Shown here piece after piece: positions 25,901 to 37,240 of a stretch of 64,000 nucleotides of DNA (its first letter is position 1; every line of letters starts with the position of its first letter). Under the pieces are notes generated by a model. That model was not told where the DNA came from. It saw only the letters and a program-made list of their open reading frames with translations, and ran no database searches. The position numbers and the translations under genes are program-made. The stretch comes from Callorhinchus milii. Taxonomy: Eukaryota. The stretch covers positions 116,190,001 to 116,254,000 of the forward strand of contig NW_024704743.1 of the NCBI RefSeq assembly GCF_018977255.1, given 5' to 3'.

Positions 25901-27122
25901 CAAATTAGTTGTTGTTCAGACAGAAATGGCACCAGTGTTGCGTAACATACAAACAGAAACCGACATTCCTGCTTTACACCAAATGTTCGCCTCGTCGAAT
26001 TCAACAGAGAAGGTTATTATCCCCGAGGTACACAGTGATCGGCCACGGTCCCCTGGGATATATTTCAAAGCTATGTAAAAGTGGCCTCCAGTTTAATAGC
26101 TTCCACAGTGAAACGTGGCAGTGCCTCGTGAATTTTTAAAAATGGTGATAAAGATTCGCCGTTTATTTCACTTGGGTCGACTTATCTGTGAGGACGATAG
26201 TGTGGAAACCACATTGGCAGCCGCTTTATCTTTTCCAGAAAATATATCTGTCTGAAAGCTTTGTCGGATTTACATATGGTTACATGGAATGGAAACATTC
26301 CATTCGGACCAACTAGTCCATGCCGGTATTTATACTCCACCCAAGCCCCTACCCCTCCTATTCCCCTCTATTCCCTTCTCGCTCATGTGTGCATCAAGTT
26401 TTGTCTAAATACCTCGATGTTATTTACTTCAACTGTAGCTTCTGACAATGAGTTTCATAATCTCACCATCCTCTTAGAAGTTTCTCTCTATTAGATCCTC
26501 TACTGGTTATCTTATATTTATGCCTGCTAGTTTTGGTCTAATTCAGCAAGTATCACGATACTCCTGGGAGAAGTTCCTCCTGGTCTAGATTTTACTCGAT
26601 TGGAACAGCATTTCACAACATCCTTAAATTTTTAAGCCATTTCTCCTTCAAGTTTTTTTAAGAAACTACACAAATCAGGCGTCCAAGTTAAAACAGAACT
26701 CAACAATTTGCCACCACTCTGCACACTTGCCCTAATGATAATAATAATCCTTGCATTGATATAACACATTATCACATCATCGAGGCATCTCAAAGCGCTT
26801 CACAGAATATAATTGCTGTGCGCAATTGGCTGCCGCGTTCGCCCACACATATACAGTCAATTCACTTTACAGTGTGTTCTGTGAAGCGCTTTGGGACCTC
26901 CTCCCGACGTGAAAAGCGCTATATCAAATGCAAGGATTATTATAATGTAAAGTGAATTGACTGTATATTTTGTGGGTGAAATGATGGAATTTGGTTGGCA
27001 TGATATTAATTTATGGGTAAGAAAATATTCCAGTAAATACAGGGATCTTTGCACCTGGAAGCTAATCACCTACTTTGTTTTCTTCCTCCTCCTCCTTCTC
27101 CCTGCACACTCATCGCCTCAAG

Positions 27123-27274
27123 AAAACTAGCAAAGAAGCGGAAAGAGACACTGAGCAGCACAAGGCAGGAGATGACTGTCATGGTCAACTCCATGGACAA
27201 GAGTTACACTGAGCAAGGCACCAATTGCGATGAAGCGTTCTCCTTTGTGGACACCCACAATCTCAATGGTCGGG
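27123..27274 (+). CDS. PTPRM: PTPRM juxtamembrane exon (152 nt, phase 2 to 1)
   Basis: ctcaag|AAAACTAGCA...AATGGTCGGG|gtgagt; KLAKKRKETLSSTRQEMTVMVNSMDKSYTEQGTNCDEAFSFVDTHNLNGR. Confidence 0.96.
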
Positions 27275-27339
27275 GTGAGTCACCGAGACATCTGTTGCTA
27301 TGACCAGGACTGAATCATTCCCTTATGCAACCCCAGGTT

Positions 27340-27720
27340 ACATTTACACAGTGCTTCTCACATCAGGAGAATGTCTCAAAGGGCTTCACATAGTTGACCG
27401 GGAGCTCGAGCTGAGGAAGGAGGGTGGTTGGGAAGTGCGGGTGGGGGTGAGAAGGTGATCAAAATTGCAGTTGAAAAGATCTTTGGGTCTTAAAGGATGG
27501 AGGCAGTGTGGGGATGGGGGGGGTAATGTGGTCCAGGTGGAGGACAGAATGGCTAAAAGCTCACCCACTGACGATGGGGTGGGTGAGGGACATGAAGCAG
27601 ATCAGTGTTCTCTGAATAGAGGGAGCGACTGACGAGGTAGGAGTGTACGAGGTTGCAAAGGTAGGGTTGGGCAAAGCCTTGGAGGCACTTAATCGTGAGG
27701 ACAATGATCTTAATTTTGAA
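27340..27720 (-). mobile_element. Older L2 3' fragment
   Basis: Minus strand encodes FKIKIIVLTIKCLQGFAQPYLCNL, like the L2 ORF2 C-terminus at 46560-46640. Confidence 0.7.
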
Positions 27721-28112
27721 CTGATTTCCTCCTCCTTCCCCGGCCTGGTCAGTGGGTAGTGCTCTCGATTCTTGGTCAGCAAATCGTGGGTTCAAACTCC
27801 ACTTTGGGAACTTTGAGCTCACAGTATGACCCTTCAGTGCAGTGCTGGGTACGTGTGTGTGTTGGTGGGGGTTGGGAAAGGAAGCTCTGTGTCAGAGGCG
27901 TCATCATTTCTCAGGTCGACATTAGCAATCCCATTTTGAAAGGTGAAAAGAGATTCTCACGGTGACTTGGTCAACAATCCTCCAGGTAAAATTAGTCATT
28001 CACTTCATGGCTGTTTGTGGCAAAAAAAACAGTAACTGTACTCAATAGCAATTGCTTGTGAAGCACTTTTTAATGTGATGAGACCCTATTGAAGTTCTTT
28101 TCTCCTTATCAG

Positions 28113-28187
28113 CCATATCTTCACCCTCCTCATTTACCATGAAGTCAAGCACCCTGAAGAGCTCATCAGTACAGAACTACTACCCAG
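28113..28187 (+). CDS. PTPRM: PTPRM juxtamembrane exon (75 nt, phase 1 to 1)
   Basis: ccttatcag|CCATATCT...TACCCAG|gtaggg; AISSPSSFTMKSSTLKSSSVQNYYP versus mammalian SVSSPSSFTMKTNTLSTSVPNSYYP as recalled. Confidence 0.93.
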
Positions 28188-31100
28188 GTAGGGAAGGTGC
28201 TTTTACTCCGATTTCATATCTTTGTTTCACATCACAGCTTCTGTCTTTTGCTCGATTGGGTGGGGAGGGCTTTACTGTTGAATTGAGGCTTTGCGCTTTG
28301 GTAGTGCGGTTGTAATTGGTTTCAGGATCTGCATTGGCCATGGGATGTAAGGACAGACTTCTGTGAGGACTGTTTCTGTCTGAACGGCACTGAGGACTTT
28401 TCCCAGGCACTGACCCTTTATCACCCCCGCATTTCACCAGCAATGTGACGTGGGATTCGTTGAGATACGATCAGGGAACAGAAAACTCAAGCTGCCAATT
28501 CATTCGCACGCAGCAGACTAGCGAGTGCGTTATAGTTGGTCTTCTGAGTCTCTGATGAGCTCAATGTATTATTGCGTTTTGACATGTGGAGCCGTAAAAT
28601 AACCCGGCCTTTCATAATGTGCCTCACTTATTAATTAACTTCTCGTCAATTGTGATAATTAAACGCCAGTAAACAGGTTGTGAAGAGTTGGAAATTGAGC
28701 CACAGGAATTTAAAACGTCCTCGAGTTTCACTGATATCACACGGGGTGGGGAGGCAAGCTCACTACCCAAGCTGTTAGGCCACATGTAAAGCCTGAATTA
28801 AGGAGAGCGCAGCCCAGAATCATGGCCCCGCTGCTGCCGATTCGCTTAGAACCGTATTACATCTTAGCGCTGTGGCTATCAGGATTAAGCATGTGGCTGC
28901 ACCTCCTCGTCAAGTTGACGGGCCAAGCTGGCTGGTTTAGCCATCGGCAAAGGTTTAAATTAATACTGTTTTTTTCCAGAGATGGTCCATTTGCACTCAT
29001 CGTTCTCTTCTCCTCCCTCCCCCCCACCTCGTTGATTAGGTTGAGACCTGAATTCACACTGTAATTGCCAATCGACGAGCCAAGTTATACAATGTTGACC
29101 CCCCCCCTCCCCTTCCCAGCCAAGTCAGGAACGCCCATCACTTTCCTGTCAGCTTTCACTGCTTGTGTTCCCAGCACTGGAGGGAATAAGTATAAGGTTC
29201 ACCTGATAGGAACCTCTTTAGGAGGCAGGGAGTGGGGGTGTGGGCCTGAATTCACTGAGGTTTTTTGGGGGGAAGGTGGCAGTGAAGTTGATGTGAAGGG
29301 AGTATATATTCTTTGGGGTTTTTTTGGTCTGCCGAGTGACTGACACACTAACACACAGTGACTGAAACATGACCGTTCGTCATGCTTAAGAGGATCCGAA
29401 CCTCACGTACACCTACACACGGAGAAATAAAATGCCGCCAAGTGTGTGAATGTATTTTCTTTAATCTCCAGCCCAGATAGCCTTCACTTCACACTGAACA
29501 GAGCAAATCTGTCGCTGACGGCAGGGCTTTTTAAAAGCTGCTTTCACACTTTCTCCGTCTTCTCTTTTGTGCTTCCCCTTAAACGATATAAGCCTGTCTC
29601 CAGGATACAAGCCTACTTTGATTTCACACACCGCAGCCAGTCACGTGTGTGTCAGCCTCACCGCATGCCAATCCTTGCACAAGCCAAGAGCTCGCTCACT
29701 CATTCGCTCGCTCGCCAATCCAGTGTTTATCTGCTTCTCCATTTATGCATATCCCAGTTTGGGGGGAGGTGGGCAGAGTGGGAGAGGGGGGAGTGAGAGA
29801 CATGAGAGAGAGTGGGAGAGGGTGGAAGAAAGGGACAATCTTGTGGTATTTCTTAACAGATGTAGATAATCTGATAATCAGAAGGTCGCCTCACTCACTT
29901 GGTGGAGCCCTTTCCCCTCCCTCCACCACCACTAAAAGTGGGTTGAGTTAGCACCACAGACATCCAGGTTTCTTAATTTAATTAAGAATTTAATTAAGAA
30001 ACCCATTCAGAAATATTGCAAACTAGACCCCAGTGTTTGTTACCATCCTGCTCCAGCACATATTTTTATTAGAAAAATAAACATTGCTTTTTTTTATTGT
30101 TCCATTCTAACACACTGTGCGTTAATGTAAGTGCCTTCACAACTGGAAGCAGCTTTCTGTCCTCTGGTTCCCACTTGAATCAGAGTCTCAATTGCAGTGA
30201 GCAATGGGGAAATGGCACCAAGCCAGGAACCATTGGGATAGAGTATAGTGGGTAGTTTGGCTGGGTAGAGATATGGATTGCAGTGAGATGCCGTTTTGCC
30301 CGCATCTCAGCCAAGTTAACTTCCTTTTTTGGTCAGACAAGTGTCTGACACACGCGGAACCCCATCACCATGTTTATGAGTAGTCAAGCCAAACTGAGAG
30401 CTCCATGCATCCCATCTATACACTGAAGTCCCTGTGTATTGGAATAGAATGCACACTTTGTCCCCAGAATGATGCACCCTGCTTACCCAATTCCAGAGAG
30501 TATTAGGCACAAGTTGGTAAAAGCCAAGGCTTGGAGACCCCAGAGTGTGCATTGGGGTAACTGCTGAATTTTAACCATGTACAACTGCAAAGCTTGCCAT
30601 TGAAAGCACTATCTGACAAGCTTCCTGCTGCTTGTTCAACTACATTAACAACTTGCATTTATATAGCACTCTTCACAAGAGTCTCAGAGCACTTAACAGT
30701 GGTGGAGCTTGATACTGGTGCCAAATTTAATTATCAGAGAGAGGTCCTTTATTAGAGGGAAGAGAGGAGGCCTTGCAGGTTAATGACATCCAGGTAATAC
30801 GATCGGTAACTCAGCAAATGACGGACATGTTTTGAGAGACACATTTCCTGCGTCGTTAGGGATTTAGCAAAAGCGTAACAAAAAAAGGCCATTTGACCTA
30901 TCACACTCATCCCTTCTCCATGCACTGGGCTTGTAATGCCATCTGGGTCTAGGTGAATTCTGTTTTTGTAGCATTTACAGTGTCCAGAATTCTGCAAATT
31001 CTTAAACTATGAAGTTTCTTTTAAGAAACTACAGAAAACTGGCTTTGAAGCTTTGAGACTGAACTCAACAATTCAACAAATTCTGGACACTCTGAAGCCT

Positions 31101-31444
31101 AGTCCCAGGTGGGATCTCGACCCCACTACGCAGCCCGCCCTTTGTGGACTTTGCTTTGCCTAATCAGTTTCCTGTGAGGGTTTTACTTCATAAGTAATCC
31201 TGACCTGCTGGAACAAACATAGACTATTCAGCCCATCAAGCCTGCTCCACTTTTTGTTGTTGGTTTTTTCTAATCCCATTTCTCCACTTTTCCTCCATAT
31301 CCCTCAATACCCTTACTTCTCAAATACCTACCTCTCTTCCTCCTAAACTCCTCGATTGACTCTGGCTCTCTGCACCCATGACCCATTTAGAGTTTTTTTT
31401 TCGCAACAAACCTCACAAACTCTGGGTTTGAAGAAATCAGTGAA

Positions 31445-31870
31445 TCGAATTCGAGATCCTTGTCCTCACGCTCAAATCTCTTAAATCTCACCCCTAGCTC
31501 TGCGACCTCCTGCAACCTTACCACCCTTTGCTTTGCGAACACCAGCCTGCTTCATCTCCCCTGCTCAATCAACCCCCACCCCACTATTGCAGGCGAGTTT
31601 TCAGCCATTCTGCCCTGCTCTCTGGAGCTCTATTCTGAAATCTTACCAACTCACCCCCTCCCTTCCCACTTTTACAGCTTACCTTAAGGCTTACCTCTTT
31701 GACGGTGCTTTTGGCCAACTTTGCCATCCCTCCACCCTCTTCAACCCCCCCCACCCACACACACAAAGACACACACACACACATAGACACCTGACTCGGG
31801 TGCCAAGCCAGTTGTGTGAAATGCTTTGAGATGTCATCCTGATGTGAAAGCTGCTATATAAATGTAAATT
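31445..31870 (+). mobile_element. Older L2 3' fragment
   Basis: gaattcgagatccttgtcctcac ... cttaaggcttacctctttgac ... gtgaaagctgctatataaatg parallels the L2 3' end. Confidence 0.7.
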
Positions 31871-34800
31871 GCATTGGATTGTGAATGTTTCCTCGGATTC
31901 ATTTTTAAACCAGCTCAGATCTAATTTCTTAAGATTTTGAAAATAAAACTGCAGAATATCTGTCCCTATGTCTTAATTTAACTATCCAGACAGGCTTTAT
32001 AGTTGTATATAGTTATAATTTATAGTTACCCCCTCTTCCACGAGACCAGAAGACCCATCCCATGACTGTTGAATCCCTTTCCAATGGGTCAGACCTGAAA
32101 GAACTGGATAAGCACTTGAGGGAAACTAATATTATAAGGTATGGGGAAGTAGCATGGGCTGAGATTAGAGCAGAGAGCATCAGTGCAGAAATTATTTTCA
32201 CTGGTCAGTGACTCAGTGACTGGAGGGCATCAATTTAAGATAGCTTGCAAGATAGCAAAGAGGGAGATTAGGAGGATTTGCTCTCGTAAGGTAAAGTGGA
32301 TTCTGCCTCGACTACCACACCACTGTCAGATCAAGGCAGAATCCACATTATCTTTCGAGATCTAAAAAGGAATAAATTGCAGGTGTGTGTGTGGCGGGGG
32401 GATGGGGGTGGATGGAAGGTGATGCAAAATGAGACTGAATGGATTGTTCTTTCAAAGAGCCAACACAGACAAGATAGGCCATACGGCCTTCTTCTGTGCT
32501 ATAAATATCTAAGGCTAGAATCAGAACAGACAATATGTGCTGCAAATATTCTCTGCCTCTAGTACATTCAATGAATTTCTTACAACAAAGTATATTGTTA
32601 ACTTAGTGCCAGGTTAATCTGAAGTAAGCGCAGTTGTTAATACACTGAACTGATTCTCTTCACTCCAAATACCTTGGATGCCATTTGTTGGCATCTTCCA
32701 TTGCATTGTCACTTCTTGCTTATTTCAATAGATTTGTTTTCATTGTTTCCCACTGGTTGGTTGGCACTGTATTTCATTCCCAGTTCCTCTCACTCACTGT
32801 CTCAGTCTCACCTGACATCAACCATGCACATGTGCACATTTTAGATCATTTTGCCGCCACACACGTCAGGCACCCTCTGAACGGACAGACAGCAGAGCCC
32901 TCTGGTAACCTCACCCGTTCTCGTGTTTGAGCCCGGCATTCGAGGGCGGAGGTCATCACAACCTAACCTGATACTGCCCTTGCCCAACATTCACATGTGC
33001 TCACGTATCACCTGAGTTGACTTTTTTAGTCCCATTTAAAATTATATAGAGTTAGGGTTAGGGTTTGTTGAAAGGCAGCAGGCACTGCCCCCAATCATTA
33101 GACTAATGCCCCAGCCCCAACAATCTTGTTAATGGAGAGGTTAGACAAAATGTCTCACCAAAGGGTATTAAAACATCGTACTCTTAATGTATAAGGGAAT
33201 TGGATAAGCATTTGAAGACAAATGATGTACAAGGCTGTAGAATTATGTTTTGGTCAGCTGGACGTCTGGCATATGCAGAAACCTGTCACCATGCATAACA
33301 CTATCGAAACCAAACTGAGAGTTCCACATATGTATGCCACGTACACATAGAAAGTAAATGGAATGGCTCACTCCCTCTAGAGGGATATACCATTTTTATC
33401 TAATTCAGAGAGTATTCGGGGCAGGTTGGCAAGAGCTAAGGATTGGGTAAGCTCTGAGTAAGCGCTGGGGCAACTGCTGGAATTTAACCAGCCGAAACTA
33501 TATAGTTTGCCATTGAGAGTAATGTCTAGCAAGCCTCCTGCAACTTATCCAGCTGGGTCCACATTACCCATTGGGGCTTTAGCTTGCAGAGATAATAGGA
33601 ACTGAATGGGAAATCCAATTCAGGAAGTGATACATTTGAGACCTAAATATTTCTAGCCAGGTGATGAAATGCCTCCTGCCTCTGGGTTGGATGGTTGTGT
33701 GTTCAAGTCCTCGCTTGGAGCTCCTGGTCATCATTCCCCCAGCGCTGCAATGTCAGAGGTGCTGTCATTCAGACAAGTCATTAAACCGAGGTCCTGTCTG
33801 CATATGCAGGTGGATGTTAAAGATCCAGTGACACTATTAGAAAAGAGAAGGGGATTTCTCCTGATGTCTTGGCCAACAGTGTGCTAGACTAATTGGTCGT
33901 TCACCTCATGTCTGGTTGTGGCAATTTGTTATGTGCAAATTGGCTGCTGCGTTTGCCTACAAAAAGAAGTCACTTTGGAAGATGTCAGGCACGGAAAACA
34001 TGCCTGACATCAGAGCCGTTATTCTACAAAAGGATATAAAAGCTTGAAATGGAAAAAGGCCATTATAATAATAATCCTTGCTTTTGATGTAGTGCCTTAT
34101 AATGTCATTGATGCTACAAAACAATAACAGCTTCCATTTATATAGCGCCCCCTCATGCCAGGTAGGGTCCCCTTTATGCAGGATGCACTGTAAACCGATG
34201 TGTCAGTGTCTATTTTGTGGTTGAACCCAGCAGCCAATTTCGTGCACAGCAATTTCTGCATACAGCCATTGAGTGTGTGGTTATTTGGGGGATTGTTGGG
34301 AGAGAGAAATTCGCAGGAGCAACTCACAAAAACAACAGAAACAAAAGGCCATTGGACCACTTAAACAGCTTCCTCCATAGACCAGGCACAATCTTCCGTA
34401 GTAGACTCTATTTCACTTCTTGAGCAAGATTTCCAAGGTTCTTCTCTGTACTCCCCCTTTTCTCCGCTAGTCCGTGCAGTCCCCTCCCACCTTCCCGGTC
34501 AATCCAGTCTTAATCTGGAAACTGAATGAATCAGCTTCCGAACCATCTTGAAGAACTTTCGCTGGCTCTTAAATTTGAAGACAAAAATGGTCTCCGGGAA
34601 GAGAGTGCCTGGAGTTATCTGGCCTCAAGGTTTCCAATATTCTTCACGTCAATCTATGATATCCTCAATTCTTTCTGCAGCTGGTCCCTCTACAGCACCC
34701 GCTATTGGTTCTGAGTGGGTGTGTCAGCCGGGTGAGAAGAGGTCAGGCTCGGCTGTGACACTGTCTACAATTGAGTGGCCCAGAAGGCTCACTTGGGTGG

Positions 34801-35017
34801 ACAATGGCCAGTCCGAGCGGGGGGGGGTAATCAAAGAGCAACCAGCGCCCATAGAATCTCACCTCAGCGATGAGGGAGGGGGGAAGGGAGAAGACCAGGA
34901 GCAAAGAGGCGTACTCGGATGGGGTGAGGACTAGAGAAAAAAAAAATGATTGGACATAGAAAAACTTACATAGAAAGAATCCCTGAATCATATGATTACC
35001 TTCCAGTTCTGTGCAAG

Positions 35018-35401
35018 TAATAATAAATAATAACAGTAATCCTTACACTTGATATAGCGCCTTATCACGTCTTCACGACGTCTCAAAGCGCTTCAAAGAA
35101 TATACTGTAAAGTGAATCGACTGTATGTTGTGTGGGTGAAACGCGGCAGCCAATTGCACACAGCAGTGTCCCACAAACAGTCGTGGATTGAGTGACCAAT
35201 TTATTATTATTTTCTTTAAGGAATGATTACCCTCGGAAAAGCAATCCGCCAATTGACTAACAGCTGGGTTCCGACTTACTGCTAGGTAAACAGAGGTGTG
35301 TGGAGTAAGGAAACTTGCCCAACATTTCGCCTTGCCCGGGAATCGAACCCAAGTCTCCCGCTTGCGAGGCGAGTGCTCTAACCACTGAGCTACAGGACTC
35401 C
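35018..35401 (-). mobile_element. Full-length tRNA SINE, long variant
   Basis: Matches 8283-8657; intact A box and GGTTCGATTCC B box. Confidence 0.9.
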
Positions 35402-35740
35402 ACATAATTATTATCCTCAACAGACACAACATGAACTCTGCAATTGCAATTCCACCTTGTCATCATTGGCAAGAATATGTTCTTCTCCACGTAAAGGTGT
35501 GGTAACATTCCCCTATCGAGTCCAGGGACCCTCCAGCCTGGGGGTAGGGGGTGGGGGTGGTGGGGGGGAAAGGGGCTTAAAGGTTCATCGGAAACAGCGT
35601 CTCAGTGTTGGGCTGGTAATGAATCAAGGTTGTTAAAGATGTAAATACTGTGGCCAGTGAATCAAGATTGGAAACTAACTGCAGCTTTTTTCTCTGGTGC
35701 CATTCTCATGTCTTGCTCCTTCTTAATGGCCGGTCCGCAG

Positions 35741-35767
35741 ATCCATTTGTGCCAACTGCAATATTAG
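35741..35767 (+). CDS. PTPRM: 27-nt microexon DPFVPTAIL (phase 1 to 1, probably alternative)
   Basis: ccgcag|ATCCATTTGTGCCAACTGCAATATTAG|gtgagg; peptide matches the DPFVPTAIL insert I recall from long PTPmu isoforms. Confidence 0.9.
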   Translation: MHLCQLQY

Positions 35768-35935
35768 GTGAGGCTCTTTCTTTCTCTCCCACTTACCGTA
35801 GGTCAGGCAGGGGAGGTCGGCTAGTAAATACAGCGGCTCACGGCTATTGTACTTTATTAATTGGAAAGAGTGGAAATAGAGTGACATCTCTTTAAAATAG
35901 TGCATCATTTTGCCACATTGCACTTCACATGACCA

Positions 35936-36350
35936 GAGCCCGAAATTCCCCCTAGCTTTAGCTTGTGAGAACCATCTTGCCTTAAAATTTTCAGCGATGC
36001 ATTAAACAACTTCTAACTTAAGACTGGACTGAGGAATTTTCCAAAGTTATAACAACAACAATAATAACATACATTTGATACAGGATGGTCCACTACCTTT
36101 GAAGCAGGATAGTCTCTCAAAGCGCTTCACAGTGTTTATTGTAAAGTGTAGCCACTCTGTATTTTTAAGCAAGTTCTCAAATTTTATTACTAACAGTAAT
36201 AATCCTTGCATTTGATACAGCGCCTTTCACGTCAGGAGGATGTCTCAAAGCGCTTCACAGGATTTAATGTAAAGTGTAGCCATTGTAGGAGTTCTGGAAG
36301 ATTTCAAATTTTAAGACTCACAGGCTAAGACTAGGTAGAATTTCGGGCCT
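35936..36350. mobile_element. MITE-like element with ~30-bp terminal inverted repeats and nested SINE tails
   Basis: Left gagcccgaaattccccctagctttagcttgtgag; right ctcacaggctaagactaggtagaatttcgggcct. Confidence 0.7.
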
Positions 36351-37228
36351 TTGCGGATCTCAGTGAAACGTCCACACCGGCACCCGATCGTCAATGTCAC
36401 TCCAGTTGATTTTTTTGGAGGGTGGGGGGGAGGGGGGCTTAGCTCACTTTTTCTTTGGTGCCTTTTGTTTTTCTCTTAACTGTAAAGTTGATGAAACTGG
36501 GCACCTAAAAAACGCTGGAGGAGAGAATTGAGCATGACCTGGCTATTGTAATTGTAATGCAGTGTCCTGTTCTCTTAACCTCCCCTACAACCCTCCACCC
36601 CTCGTCCTAACTCTCACCATCCCCATCCAAACACACACACACAAAGACATACACACACGCACCTTTTCCCTGATCAGGCCCCCCCCCCCCACCAGCCATT
36701 CCATACATACTTCCAGTTCCAGTCATTGGAGCTGCGATCGAGATGAAATTGAAATTGACACTGATATCTACAAATGTGTAGGATTTAAAGGACTCACCTC
36801 GTTTCTGTCACGTTTTGTGGTGGAAATCCCCAATAGCCTTGTAAGCAAGTCAATTTGTGGCTGCAAAATCACTACACTCGCAAGGGGCACCAGCACAACA
36901 CACATCAAGAAACCAAATAAGATCACAACAACATCCACAATAACGTGCCTTTACACAGCGCCCTTCACGCAGGCTAGCACCTCAGAGCGCTGGATAAAAC
37001 ACACCAATGCATCTCTCCATGATTGTTATAATTACTATTACTTTTTGAACTGAGCTAAGTTTAAAAATTGTTGGAAACTCGAGAAAGAAATCAAAATTTT
37101 ATCTTTTTTTTTACAACAAAACAAATATACGCCGTTCACGATATTGTTCTTGCTTATGCCCTGTTTCCTTTTCTCCTTTTTTTTCTCCACGTTAACCTGT
37201 TTATGTATCTTTTTGTATTTAAAAAAAG

Positions 37229-37240
37229 TGCCAATAAATG
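37229..37240 (+). CDS. PTPRM: 12-nt microexon VPIN (phase 1 to 1, probably alternative)
   Basis: aaaaaag|TGCCAATAAATG|gtaagt after a long T-rich tract; matches the VPIN insert I recall from long PTPmu isoforms. Confidence 0.86.
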
